DNA of 59,009 nt, the filler included, from an uncultured bacterium (GTDB lineage Bacteria; Hinthialibacterota; Hinthialibacteria; Hinthialibacterales; Hinthialibacteraceae), in the NCBI GenBank assembly GCA_964449065.1. It is 5 parts of 5 records of this genome, joined end to end, with 100 filler letters (N's around TTAATTAATTAA, not from the genome) between each part and the next. Parts side by side here need not be neighbours in the genome. Positions count along the whole stretch, not along the records: positions 12,044 to 23,843 come from CAYVAZ010000154.1; positions 23,944 to 35,702 come from CAYVAZ010000155.1; 3 more parts are not named here. The stretch is one strand, 5' to 3'. Under the pieces are notes generated by a model. That model was not told where the DNA came from. It did no database searches and saw only the letters and a list, made by a program, of their open reading frames with translations. The translations under genes were made by a program, and so were the position numbers. Positions 18,154 to 28,262 of this stretch are shown here, piece by piece. The stretch's first letter is position 1; each line of letters begins with the position of its first letter.

Positions 18154-19908
18154 TTAGTAATCCGCGGTTTCGTATTTGGCCATAATATCATTAAGGGCAC
18201 CGACTTTTTGCTGGAGATTGTCGTCATCCATCGCGGATTTGCCGGATTCGAGTTCCATGACGATTTGCATGGCTTCTTCCGCCATCGGGTCTTCGCTTTC
18301 TTCAAAGATGCGCCTTGCTTTGTATAGGAGGCTGTCGACTTCGCTTTCCATTTCATCTTTATGGCGGTTGGCGATGGTTTTCGCGACCCGTTCTTGAGCC
18401 TCGCGGGTAAGGGATTGTACTTCTTCTTCGCTGAGCCGGTTATCCGTTGCCACAACGGTAACGCTGACCTCTTTGTTGGTGGTCAGGTCTTTTGCTGTGG
18501 CTTCCAAAATCCGATCTTGGTTAAGACGGAAGGTTACTTCAATCCGCGGTACCCCGCGCGGAGACGGTGGAATGTCATCAATGCGCAGCATATCCAAGAA
18601 GGTATTGGCGGATGCGATGGTGTCTTCTCCTTCGTAGATGGGAAAGCTGATCGCGTCTTGAAAGTCGCGGGTTGTGGTGAACAAGTCTTTGGCTTCGGTC
18701 GGATAGGTTGAATTGCGTTCGATCAACACACCATACCGGTCATCCGACAATCCAACTCCTAAAGAGAATGGGGTTAAGTGGACGATAACCGGGCCTTCGC
18801 GGTTAACTTGATCCGCGGAGGAATCTTGCATTTCATCATCCAACGGGGCCAAGATAGACGCTTGAATGGCAGCCCCTAACGCCACGCATTCATCCGGGCT
18901 GACATCTTTACGCGGTTCTTTGTTGACAATTTTCCGAACGGTTTCCTGCACCATGGGGACCCGTGTACTTCCACCGACTAAAAGCACATTGTTAATATCT
19001 TCGGGTTTTAAGCCGGCGTCCTCAATGGCGTCTTTGGTCGGTTGAACGGTCATTTCAACCAAATCGTGTATTAATTTTTCTATATGAGCGCGGGTGAGTT
19101 CATGATGAAGAGTCACCGGCCCTTTATCGGTCATGGTAATGGCTTCGATGATGACTTCGGTTTTGGTGATGCCAGACAGTTCGATTTTTGCTTCTTGCGA
19201 GGCTTCTTTCAGGCGGAACATCGCTTTGGGGTCGTCTTGAAGATCGATGCCTTCTTTGTTTTTAAATTCTTCCAGAAGGTATTCTACAATCCGGTTATCA
19301 AAGTCATCTCCACCCAGGTGGTTGTTGCCCTTAATTGCCAGCACTTGGAAAACGCCATCGACCATTTCAATGATGGAAACGTCAAAGGTTCCGCCCCCTA
19401 AGTCGTAGACCATCAAGACTTGGTCTTGTTCTTTTTCCAGCCCATACGAAATAGCGGCAGCCGTCGGTTCATCAATAATGCGGCGGACGTGGAACCCGGC
19501 GATTTGGCCGGCGTCCCGGGTTGCTTGACGTTGGGCATCCGTAAAATAGGCTGGAACTGTGATAACCGCCTGATTGCATTCTTGCCCCAAATATTTTTCC
19601 GAGTCCAGCTTCAATTGTTGCAGGATATAGGATGAAACTTCCTGGGGGGTATGTTCTTTTCCGTCGATGTCCACGCGGTATGCGCTTCCCATATGTCTTT
19701 TGATGGAAAAGACAGAGCGGTTGGGATTCAATCCCGCTGCCCGGCGTGCTTTTTTTCCAACAAGATGGGACCCATCTTCTTGAAAAAATACAATCGAGGG
19801 GGTAATCCGGTCACCTAATTCGTTGGGGATAATGACAGGTTTCTCCCCTTCCATATAAGAAACAACGGAGTTTGTTGTTCCTAAATCGATTCCAAGTATC
19901 TTAGCCAT
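18154..19908 (-). CDS. dnaK: Hsp70/DnaK-family chaperone, divergent paralog (~584 aa)
   Basis: GIDLGTTNS, AVITVPAYF, EPTAAA, VYDLGGGTFDVS, LGGDDFD, LVGGSTRVP and GVPRIEVTF motifs; altered linker and substrate-binding domain; short lid. Confidence 0.9.
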   Translation of the reverse strand: MAKILGIDLGTTNSVVSYMEGEKPVIIPNELGDRITPSIVFFQEDGSHLVGKKARRAAGLNPNRSVFSIKRHMGSAYRVDIDGKEHTPQEVSSYILQQLKLDSEKYLGQECNQAVITVPAYFTDAQRQATRDAGQIAGFHVRRIIDEPTAAAISYGLEKEQDQVLMVYDLGGGTFDVSIIEMVDGVFQVLAIKGNNHLGGDDFDNRIVEYLLEEFKNKEGIDLQDDPKAMFRLKEASQEAKIELSGITKTEVIIEAITMTDKGPVTLHHELTRAHIEKLIHDLVEMTVQPTKDAIEDAGLKPEDINNVLLVGGSTRVPMVQETVRKIVNKEPRKDVSPDECVALGAAIQASILAPLDDEMQDSSADQVNREGPVIVHLTPFSLGVGLSDDRYGVLIERNSTYPTEAKDLFTTTRDFQDAISFPIYEGEDTIASANTFLDMLRIDDIPPSPRGVPRIEVTFRLNQDRILEATAKDLTTNKEVSVTVVATDNRLSEEEVQSLTREAQERVAKTIANRHKDEMESEVDSLLYKARRIFEESEDPMAEEAMQIVMELESGKSAMDDDNLQQKVGALNDIMAKYETADY

Positions 19909-20113
19909 CGAACTCCTGCTCCTCCGGCAAGGCCGCATCTGTATAAATTTATTCGTATGAAAGAATTGAATCTATTGCTAATTGCAAAATAAATTATCCA
20001 GTTCACACAGAACTATCATTCTAAAGAAATCCAGAGTGAATGCAAAGCCTCACAAACGGGATAATTCAACTTCATCACAATCAAATTCAAACCGAATCGA
20101 AAGGAAACGGGGT

Positions 20114-20746
20114 TCATTGGTTATCCACAGGATTGATACCGTTTTCTGGAGCACCCTCATCAAACCTTAGCTGGTCCGGCAGTTCTTGTTCATCCAGTGT
20201 GTGTGTCCCAACTCCAATGTTATCTGGGTTTTTCGCCACGACAACTTGCGCGTCGCGCAAGACGCGGTTGCCGCATTTGTAACCTTTCGCGATTTCTTCT
20301 ATGACATAGTTGTGCCGAACCCCAGTGACTTCCCGGCTTTCAACCACCTCATGTATAGTTAAATCAAGGGGTTTACCAATCGACTCGACAACCACCAATC
20401 CTTCATCCTGCAAAGTACTGATGAGTCTGCGGTGAATGGATTCCAGCGATTTCATCCAATTGTGTAAAACTTCTTCGCCCTTCGCATGCTGCACACGCGC
20501 GTATTTTAGAACATTATCAAATCCATCCAAAACCGGCAACATTTTTTTCAAGAAAGCCGCTTTGTCTGGGTCTTTCCCATGCATCCGCATAGGCAACCGT
20601 TTTCCCGCAGTGTTTGCGGAAGAGTCTTCCCATTTGCGGTAGATCAAAGAAAGCGCATCCCGGTTTTGCGAGCTAAAAACTTCCATAGGGAGGTTTTCAA
20701 TGGGAAACAGTTCGCGCAGGTCATCTTTTTCGGACTGCCAAAACAT
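20114..20746 (-). CDS. grpE: GrpE nucleotide exchange factor
   Basis: LPVLDGFDN, SIGKPLD..HEVV, KGYKCGNRVLRDAQVVVAK; TGATG coupling to the upstream J-TPR gene. Confidence 0.85.
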   Translation of the reverse strand: MFWQSEKDDLRELFPIENLPMEVFSSQNRDALSLIYRKWEDSSANTAGKRLPMRMHGKDPDKAAFLKKMLPVLDGFDNVLKYARVQHAKGEEVLHNWMKSLESIHRRLISTLQDEGLVVVESIGKPLDLTIHEVVESREVTGVRHNYVIEEIAKGYKCGNRVLRDAQVVVAKNPDNIGVGTHTLDEQELPDQLRFDEGAPENGINPVDNQ

Positions 20747-22017
20747 CAGCGCAAGCCTCCAAGACGTTTGCTTTCACGTATGCCGTGGCGTGCGTCTTTG
20801 TTTCTGGGTTCATATTCCAGAATTTTTTTGTATTCGTGTTGCGCGGCAAGATAGTTACGCATTTTCAAGTACGTATCCGCCAGTTCCAGACGCAATTCCA
20901 CGTTTTCGGGTTCGAATTTGATGGCGTTTTTGAATTGAACCAATGCCTGATTATAGATGTTTTGCTCTTTCAGCCGCTTGCCGTAGATTTGATATCCCTG
21001 CACCATGTGGTTCACGATTTGGTTTTTGCTGGGGGCTTTTTTCATAGCCCGATTCCACATTTCAAAGGCCTTAGGGCTTTGTCCGGTATTGAGATAAGCC
21101 CATCCCAGTTGGCAGAGAACATCAATATCATTCGGATCTTCATCCAGCGCTTGCTTTAAAGAAGAGAGGGCCTGTTTCCAGTTGCCTTGGCGTACACAAG
21201 CCAGCCCCATTTCACGGGCGGATCCGCCTATTCCCGCGGTGGAGCCTTCCATAAATTTGCCGCCGGTGTGTTTGTGCAGGGCGACCATCATGGCTTGTAG
21301 ATATTTGTCTTCCGGACGGTTTTTTAATTCGGTTTTAAAGTGATTTAGCGCGGCTTGCCAGGATTCATTGGCTTCGTCTTTTTTTCCCTGCTTTTCTTGC
21401 GAGAGGGCAAGGTTTTGATTGACGATAGCGGGATTCACGCCTTTTTCTTCTAAATGGCTGAAGATTTCTTCGGCTTCGGCATAGCGTTCATTGACAGCGG
21501 CTTCGTAGGCTTTTTGCCAATCAAAATACGCCTGATTGCGCAGGGTTTCTTCGTCATCGGGGTTCAGTCGCAAAATTTGATCGACCATATCTTTGGCATG
21601 ATCAAGTTGGCCGTTGTGGGCGTAATACAAGGCTGCACCATGCAGGATATGAATGGCCTGTTTTTTTTCTTCGTCGTTTAAAACATCCAATTCGCGTTCA
21701 CCGCAAAGGGTTTTCATTTCCTGATCGAGTTTAAATTTGGAGAGCGTTTCATCGGGGAAATGGGGGTAATCCGAATAAGTGAACGCCGGGGGCGGGGTGA
21801 AATTTTTTATATCGTGGGCCGCACGGCGTTCGGGCGAATTGAGTACATCAAAGGCGGTGCGGATTTCGATGAATTCTTCTTCGTGGTGCTCTGGATTGTA
21901 TTCTTTGACCAGATGGTAATAGTGAGCTTTAACTTGATCGTTATCCGCCCAGCGGTTGAGTTTTAATACCTCATACGGCGATCGGGTTAATGTATATTTT
22001 TCTGTATCCACGGTCAT
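20746..22017 (-). CDS. J-domain-like (HPD replaced by NPE) + TPR repeat protein
   Basis: PYEVLKL..VKAHYYHLVKEYNPE..FIEIRTAFDVLNSPERRAAHD followed by multiple TPRs. Confidence 0.85.
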   Translation of the reverse strand: MTVDTEKYTLTRSPYEVLKLNRWADNDQVKAHYYHLVKEYNPEHHEEEFIEIRTAFDVLNSPERRAAHDIKNFTPPPAFTYSDYPHFPDETLSKFKLDQEMKTLCGERELDVLNDEEKKQAIHILHGAALYYAHNGQLDHAKDMVDQILRLNPDDEETLRNQAYFDWQKAYEAAVNERYAEAEEIFSHLEEKGVNPAIVNQNLALSQEKQGKKDEANESWQAALNHFKTELKNRPEDKYLQAMMVALHKHTGGKFMEGSTAGIGGSAREMGLACVRQGNWKQALSSLKQALDEDPNDIDVLCQLGWAYLNTGQSPKAFEMWNRAMKKAPSKNQIVNHMVQGYQIYGKRLKEQNIYNQALVQFKNAIKFEPENVELRLELADTYLKMRNYLAAQHEYKKILEYEPRNKDARHGIRESKRLGGLR

Positions 22018-22261
22018 CTCTCAATCCTTAGGGACTTGCAAAACCCCATGAAGATTAGTGTAGTCAAAGATAAAGATATAGTCATGTGTGTACGATAGGC
22101 AAACAGCAGGGTTGCCGTTTTACATACCAAGCTAACGAAGGTGCATTGTAATAAATCTATTCATGAAATGCAATGGTTGTGCTTCACTTCCTTTTTTTTC
22201 TATGCGGATATAGCTATAGGGAGTAGGATTCACGACAATTTTATAACCATTCGGTAAACAT

Positions 22262-22828
22262 ATGATCAGGATACCCAATCAAGAGTTTCAAACCGTTCTC
22301 AGTTCACAGCCGGTGCTGCTGTTATCCACGCGCAGCGCGCGGCGAAACAATCTGGCCCCGGTGGTTTGGTACGCACCGGTCAGCAGCGAGCCGCCCATGA
22401 CCGGGCTTTCGCTCAAACCCAGTTCACAAAGTTACAACTATATTCGAGAATCGGGGGATTTTGTGGTGGCGGTTTGCAGTGAAATGATGGTGCGTGACGT
22501 GCATTTTTGCGGGGTGAATTCGGGCAAGGATATGGAAAAAAGCCGCTACATGGCCCTGCCGATGAAATGGGGAACCCAAGCCACTCCCATGATCCTGCCG
22601 GCTGCATTGGCGAATCTAGAATGCCGGGTGCGCGACATCACCACAACCGGAGACCGGCCGTGGATTGTGGGGGAAGTCATGGCGGTGCTGGTGGATTCCG
22701 ACTATTATGAGAACGGATGGAATAAAGATACTCCACTGCTGCACTACATTGGCGGGAACCAATACCGCTGCGGTGAAGTCACCTACAACATGAGCGACAT
22801 CAGACCGGGATTGGTGGCGGAGTATTGA
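22262..22828 (+). CDS. Flavin reductase-like (DIM6/NTAB) protein
   Basis: NLAPVVW..PVSSEPP, IRESGDFVV, CGVNSGKD and LECRV motifs. Confidence 0.88.
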   Translation: MIRIPNQEFQTVLSSQPVLLLSTRSARRNNLAPVVWYAPVSSEPPMTGLSLKPSSQSYNYIRESGDFVVAVCSEMMVRDVHFCGVNSGKDMEKSRYMALPMKWGTQATPMILPAALANLECRVRDITTTGDRPWIVGEVMAVLVDSDYYENGWNKDTPLLHYIGGNQYRCGEVTYNMSDIRPGLVAEY

Positions 22829-22876
22829 TTGATATATGTTTTACAAGGTCAAATCATATACAGGAGATTATCCACG

Positions 22877-23374
22877 ATGAAACGAAAGAGTATTTACCTG
22901 GATACTTCTATAATCAATTTTCTCTTTGCGGATGACGAACCGGAGAAGAAGGAAATTACGCTTGAATTTTTTGAACATTACGTAAAACCAGGTGTTCATC
23001 ATGTTTTTATCTCTCAAATTGTAACAGATGAAATTACCAGAACAAAAGACGCACATAAAAGAGAATTGTTGATGGAGGCAATTGATAATTATTCAATAGA
23101 ATTACTGGAAATTGAGAGATATAATGATGAATTGAGTCGTTTATCCCAGATCTATATCGATAAAGGAATTATTCCCAATCGAAAATTGGAGGATGCACTT
23201 CACATCGCGGTCACGACAGTTTTTGAATTGGATATATTGCTAAGTTGGAATTACAGACATTTATCCAATGTGAATAAAGAAGCCCGGATACATGTAGCCA
23301 ATTACAGCGAAGGCTACACAAAACCAATACGAATGATAACCCCATTGGAGGTGATATATCATGAGTTATATTAG
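22877..23374 (+). CDS. PIN-domain protein (VapC-like)
   Basis: IYLDTSII, EDALHIA, LLSWNYRHLSN and ITPLEV motifs; AGGAG RBS; lower GC. Confidence 0.88.
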   Translation: MKRKSIYLDTSIINFLFADDEPEKKEITLEFFEHYVKPGVHHVFISQIVTDEITRTKDAHKRELLMEAIDNYSIELLEIERYNDELSRLSQIYIDKGIIPNRKLEDALHIAVTTVFELDILLSWNYRHLSNVNKEARIHVANYSEGYTKPIRMITPLEVIYHELY

Positions 23375-23537
23375 AGAATCGAAAACACTTAAAGAATTGT
23401 ATGAAATCAAAGATGAGGCTTGGGAAGAAGTGAAACATCTTGATCTGCGTTCAGCAATCAAAAAGCGGTTGTCGGATTCTGCCGAAACGTTGAGGCGGTG
23501 GAAACAAAGAAAACGTGATGATGATTCAAAAGAATAA
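23361..23537 (+). CDS. Small helical protein (58 aa), probable PIN partner/antitoxin; not in the ORF track
   Basis: GGAGG RBS; MSYIRESKTLKELYEIKDEAWEEVK...SKE*; overlaps the PIN gene end. Confidence 0.6.
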   Translation: MSYIRESKTLKELYEIKDEAWEEVKHLDLRSAIKKRLSDSAETLRRWKQRKRDDDSKE

Positions 23538-23553
23538 TATTGGCGGGAAGAAT

Positions 23554-23790
23554 ATGAACATGGACATAAATCACAACTCGTTCAATACGATTATAAATCA
23601 GGTGAAAGCCGGTCAAACGGTAACAATGGAAGAGAATGGAAAACCGGCAGCCATTCTTACACTCACCCAAAATATGCCAAGCGAAGAACGAAAACCCGGG
23701 GCGATGAAAGGTAAAATACACATAAAAGATAATATTGACGACCCGTTGTCTAATGAAATTGCTGCCGCCTTTGGAAAGGACAATTGCTAA
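23554..23790 (+). CDS. Phd/YefM-like antitoxin with no adjacent downstream toxin
   Basis: IINQVKAGQTVTMEENGKPAAIL..RKPGAMKGKIHI..DDPL. Confidence 0.72.
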   Translation: MNMDINHNSFNTIINQVKAGQTVTMEENGKPAAILTLTQNMPSEERKPGAMKGKIHIKDNIDDPLSNEIAAAFGKDNC

Positions 23791-23843
23791 GGTAATAGGT
23801 CAGCCGCTTGAAGAGAAATTTCCCCTCCCAAAGGTGGGAGGGG
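23791..23843 (+). mobile_element. End of MITE family D plus CCCCTCCC/GGGAGGGG hairpin at contig end
   Basis: GTAATAGGTCAGCCGCTTGAAGAGA matches the reverse complement of 35803-35829 (GTAATTGGTCAGCCGTTTGAAGAGAGA). Confidence 0.6.
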
Positions 23844-23943
23844 NNNNNNNNNNNNNNNNNNNNNNNNNNNNNNNNNNNNNNNNNNNNTTAATTAATTAAN
23901 NNNNNNNNNNNNNNNNNNNNNNNNNNNNNNNNNNNNNNNNNNN
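23844..23943. other. Artificial contig linker
   Basis: N44-TTAATTAATTAA-N44. Confidence 0.98.
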
Positions 23944-24082
23944 TGACGGCTGGCTATCCGTTGTTCCCCCCTTGTTAAGGGGGGCTAGGGGGGATCAACA
24001 CCCGTCAATAAAAAGTTGACGCTGTACTAGGGGGGGATCAAAGACGATCTCTTTCTATCTACGCGAACCTGAATTGCTCTAG
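23944..24082. mobile_element. MITE family A (to 24030) followed by, and probably nested in, a family C right part
   Basis: A end GTTGACGCTGTACTAG, then GGGGGGATCAAAGAC...CTACGCGAACCTGAATTGCTCTAG. Confidence 0.78.
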
Positions 24083-24191
24083 TTTGTAGGGGTAACCCTC
24101 AGCAGGACATCCACGATAAGCTCCAAACGCATACATAACTGATCGCCTTTTATCATATCTTCCGCCGTGTCCTCTGTGCCTCGGTGGTGAT

Positions 24192-26804
24192 TTATTCTTG
24201 TTTAGACAATCCCACCAGATTCGCCAATAGTTTATAAGCGCCCGGCACCCCGGCCGGCAGTTGCCGAAACAGCGCCAACCCGCAATACAACCATCTGCCT
24301 TTACCATATTTCGTTTCGACCAAGATTCCCTTTTTCTCACCGGGATTGTACTCAAACGGGTCTTCCGAAGAAATCAAATCCACATACTTCTCATCGCGGT
24401 TGCCTAAAAAATAAATCCCCCGCTCCTGCACCCAGCCGTTCCAGTCATCCCGGGTGATTTTGTTGGGATCATTGAACAACGGATGATCCGGCTTTAGGAT
24501 ATTGACCGGCGCGCTCTCATCCGTCACCCGATTGCGGCTAACCTGCACCGGATACGGCCCCCAATCGGCATCGTTAAACTCATACTTGTTATACTGCACA
24601 ATCACCGTGCCGCCGTTGTGCGCATACTCCAATATCCGGGCGTTGTGTTTGCGCAAATCATTGCGGGTAAGATAGGCACGTACACCCAGCATGATAAGAT
24701 CATACTGATCCAAGTTTTCATTCGCAACATCACTCTCATTTAACAAAGTGACCCGGCAGCCGATCTGCTCTAACGCGTCCGGCACATGATCTCCTGCCCC
24801 CATAACATAGCCAATATGGGCGTCCACGGTTTCGACCGGCAATACCAGAACCTCCGCGCTTGATGGGGTGAAATGATACCGCTTTTGGATATGCTGATAC
24901 GCAATCGTCCTCACGGATTCGGCATACCGGTTTCCCTTATACTCAGCAATTGCGTTCATGGAATACGTTCCATAATTATCTTGAGGGATAATCCGAAATT
25001 CCACTGCCTGCACACGTTCTGCCGCCGTGAATGGAACCTCTCTCATCTCCGGTTCCACCGTCCACCCATCCGGTACTTCAAGATACACCTTGGCGTCAAA
25101 CGCATCGGACCGATGGCTCTGCACCGTCACCGATACGGTTTTCTCCTCCGTTTCCGAACCATCCGCAAACACCAACACTTTTGGATTTACCGTTAATGTG
25201 ATATCCGGCAGCACGGATACTTCTTTTGCTTTCTCTCCCACTCCCCAGGGGTTCTCATAGCGGTACACCACCGGTTTGGAAAACGCAATGTCATTCCCTG
25301 CGTAGGTGAATTTGCATTTCGCCTTGAGAAACGGTGAAACAAACGGTTCACCAAACAGCGCGTCTTGATCCCATTCATAACGCGATGCTGTGGAGTGATA
25401 ATCCCAATACACCGACCGGTGTACGGCGCCGGCTGGAACCGTCACATCATAAACACGCTCCACTTCATGATAGGGCTCAAAGGCCGTTTCCGTTTGCGTG
25501 TTGATCTCAGCCTGCCATCCCTCAGGAACTTCCAATGTGAATTGAATATCTTTAATCGGATACGGACAGGCATTGTATGCATGAAGAGAAACTTTAAATT
25601 TTGAATTCGGGGTTACTTCACTCCGGTTCGCGCCGGCTTGCAACTGAATACCATGCGCCAACACCAACGCTTGTTCAATCGTCTTTTGCTGATAGCGCAG
25701 CCGTTCCAAAAGCGTTTGCTGAGTCGCCAGCATCAAATTGCTGCTGTTTACATAAGCAATCATGGTATGAACCTGCGATAAACAGTTATGCAGCGGATCA
25801 ATGGTTTCCCAAAAGTTTTGAATCGAAAATGATGATTGTGCCTCTCTCACCAATTGGATGTATGTATCGCAAAGCTGCTTGAAGCTAGGATGCTCTTCTT
25901 TCTCCCGTTCCAACAAATATCCGAATAACGAACTGGGGATGCCGTCAAACATCCTCGCTTCCGGCATGGGGCGTTCGAGCACGGTATCTTCCAAATACAA
26001 ATCGGTGTATTCCCGGCCTGGTAAGGGGGAGACGCGGTTCATATCCTGGCAAATGTGAAAGCGGCGCGCTTCCCGCCCGTATTGATAGGGGGTTTTCCCC
26101 AAAAGCGGATCAAAGATTCCGGTCGGTACCTTGATCACCTTATGTTCTTGCCCATCCGGCTGCCGGCGCCAACGAAACACCCGCGAGTAGATTTTCTTCG
26201 GCTGCCATGAATGCAACCCATTTTCAATCTGTTGTGGAAAGCGGTTTGCATCCGCCGCGGCGTGGAATGCCTCCAGCGAAAGAATACCCGAAGCTTGGTG
26301 ATGCTGCCCGCCGCCGGCGCCCCGCGGAGGCAAACATAGAATCACATCCGGCCGCAACTTACGGATGAAGTAAACAACATCATGCAGAATCTCTTCCCGG
26401 CCCCATTGCTCAAAGGTCTCTTCCCGGCTGAACGAATACCCAAAATCCACCGCGCGGGCAAAGTATTGTTCCGCCCCGTCAATCCGGTGCATGGATGCCA
26501 ACTCTTCCGTCCGCAATATGCTTAGAGCAATCCCCTGCTCATCCCCGATCTGATTTTGTCCGCCCGCGCCCCGCGTGAGAGACAACAATGCCGTTCGCGC
26601 TCCATCACCGCGGTTTAATTTCACCAATAACGCGTTGTCTTCATCATCCGGATGCGCCGTGATATGCAGCATGGTATGAAAGTTCCCCAATTTCCGCAGC
26701 AGCAACCCTAAGCCGGTGGGGCCTTCTTCCAGCGGCCTTGGCGGCAGCTGCGCGAATGTTAAGGACGATAAACCGATCATAGCGGCAAGAATATATCTAC
26801 GCAT
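24192..26804 (-). CDS. PIG-L/LmbE-family deacetylase, large exported form with NEW3-like and C-terminal GATase-like domains
   Basis: AHPDDED, LTRGAGGQN, RAVDFGYS, GQHHQAS; C-terminal WVQERGIYF and FRQLPAGVPGAYKL; signal peptide from ATG 26804. Confidence 0.9.
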   Translation of the reverse strand: MRRYILAAMIGLSSLTFAQLPPRPLEEGPTGLGLLLRKLGNFHTMLHITAHPDDEDNALLVKLNRGDGARTALLSLTRGAGGQNQIGDEQGIALSILRTEELASMHRIDGAEQYFARAVDFGYSFSREETFEQWGREEILHDVVYFIRKLRPDVILCLPPRGAGGGQHHQASGILSLEAFHAAADANRFPQQIENGLHSWQPKKIYSRVFRWRRQPDGQEHKVIKVPTGIFDPLLGKTPYQYGREARRFHICQDMNRVSPLPGREYTDLYLEDTVLERPMPEARMFDGIPSSLFGYLLEREKEEHPSFKQLCDTYIQLVREAQSSFSIQNFWETIDPLHNCLSQVHTMIAYVNSSNLMLATQQTLLERLRYQQKTIEQALVLAHGIQLQAGANRSEVTPNSKFKVSLHAYNACPYPIKDIQFTLEVPEGWQAEINTQTETAFEPYHEVERVYDVTVPAGAVHRSVYWDYHSTASRYEWDQDALFGEPFVSPFLKAKCKFTYAGNDIAFSKPVVYRYENPWGVGEKAKEVSVLPDITLTVNPKVLVFADGSETEEKTVSVTVQSHRSDAFDAKVYLEVPDGWTVEPEMREVPFTAAERVQAVEFRIIPQDNYGTYSMNAIAEYKGNRYAESVRTIAYQHIQKRYHFTPSSAEVLVLPVETVDAHIGYVMGAGDHVPDALEQIGCRVTLLNESDVANENLDQYDLIMLGVRAYLTRNDLRKHNARILEYAHNGGTVIVQYNKYEFNDADWGPYPVQVSRNRVTDESAPVNILKPDHPLFNDPNKITRDDWNGWVQERGIYFLGNRDEKYVDLISSEDPFEYNPGEKKGILVETKYGKGRWLYCGLALFRQLPAGVPGAYKLLANLVGLSKQE

Positions 26805-26894
26805 CTTTGATTCCCTTTGTATTCCAATATTCCTGATTTCTTTTATTCTACTTGGCATTATCATTACTAAATTTTTCATGCGTTCAAGGATACT

Positions 26895-28262
26895 ATGGCA
26901 CGCGTTCACCTAGTTGGAATTGGCGGCAGCGGTATGCAGCCGCTCGCCGAGTTATTGCTCAAAAAAGGATATACCGTTTCCGGCTCCGACCGCTTGATTC
27001 TAGATCCATCCCAACTCGATCCCATCTCGCCGCCCATCCGGCGCAGAATGGAACGACTCAAACAATTCGGGGCGGTGTTGTACCCGCAAGATGGCAGCGG
27101 TCTTTCGGACTCAACAGATCAAGTAGTCGTATCCACCGCGATCGAAGATGACAATCCGGACGTCATCGCGGCAAACCAGTATAACATCCCCATATTGCAC
27201 CGCTCCGAAGAACTCCGCAATCAAGTGCATGAAGATCACCTTCTCGCTGTCGCTGGCACCAGCGGCAAATCCACCACGGCTGCCTTATGCGGTTGGATAT
27301 TAAAGTCATTGGCACAACTCGACTGCTTCGCCGGCGGCGCGGAAATCCTGGATGGCAGTGAATGGTCAGCCGTCCATGTGGGAAGCGGCAATTGGTCATG
27401 CTTAGAACTCGATGAAAGCGATAAATCCATCCTCCGCTTCCATCCCCAACACGCGCTGATCCTTAACATTACCCGAGACCATCACACCTATGAAGAAAAC
27501 CTGGAAATCTTCCACCAATTCGCGCGGCAAACCAAAGGAGCCATCCTTCTCAACAAAACCGATGAAGGCTGTATCCACCTCGGGCGGCAATTCGGTGAGT
27601 CAACCAAACTTTGCTGGTTTGAACCGCCACAGAAAGACATCATTCGCTTTTCACAAGACGGAATTCAATTTCGATGGAATCATACCGAATGGTCATCATC
27701 ATTATTGGGCCTGCACAACGCGGAAAACATCACCGCTGCCGTCTCATTGATCATGAACGCCCTGCCGGATGCGGATATTCTCCAAATCAAAAAAGCCGTA
27801 CAAACATTCCCCGGCATTCGCAGACGCTTGCAGCGCTATGGTACCAATACACCGGCAGTCTACGACGATTACGCCCACAACCCCGAAAAAATCAAAGCGT
27901 TATTCCAATGTCTGCAACAGCATTACGGGCGCGCATGTCTCATCTTCCAACCGCACGGCTATACCCCCCTCCGCTTTCATTTGAACGGTATTGCGGACGT
28001 ATGCGCTGAGGTTATGCAAAAAAACGATTGCCTCATCCTGCTTCCGGTCTACGACGCCGGAGGCACCACCAAGCGGGATGTTTCTTCTCACGATTTAATG
28101 CGCGAAATAACCGGTAAGAATGTTAAGGTCATCGAACAGCGTAACGATGTCACCCAATATCTGCAATCCAATAAACACCTGTTTGATGCCATTGCGGTAG
28201 CAGGCGCAAGAGACGATACCCTGGCCCAATTCGCGGCCCGAATCGCGCAAGCATTAACCTAA
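26895..28262 (+). CDS. MurC/Mpl-like Mur ligase
   Basis: GIGGSGM, SGSD, AGTSGKSTT, ELDESD, GLHNAEN, DDYAHNP and FQPHGY motifs. Confidence 0.88.
   Translation: MARVHLVGIGGSGMQPLAELLLKKGYTVSGSDRLILDPSQLDPISPPIRRRMERLKQFGAVLYPQDGSGLSDSTDQVVVSTAIEDDNPDVIAANQYNIPILHRSEELRNQVHEDHLLAVAGTSGKSTTAALCGWILKSLAQLDCFAGGAEILDGSEWSAVHVGSGNWSCLELDESDKSILRFHPQHALILNITRDHHTYEENLEIFHQFARQTKGAILLNKTDEGCIHLGRQFGESTKLCWFEPPQKDIIRFSQDGIQFRWNHTEWSSSLLGLHNAENITAAVSLIMNALPDADILQIKKAVQTFPGIRRRLQRYGTNTPAVYDDYAHNPEKIKALFQCLQQHYGRACLIFQPHGYTPLRFHLNGIADVCAEVMQKNDCLILLPVYDAGGTTKRDVSSHDLMREITGKNVKVIEQRNDVTQYLQSNKHLFDAIAVAGARDDTLAQFAARIAQALT

Noticed and set aside
24164..24190. CCGTGTCCTCTGTGCCTCGGTGGTG short-period repeat after the PIG-L gene
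   Set aside because: Single occurrence in the window; resembles common intergenic repeats but cannot be supported further
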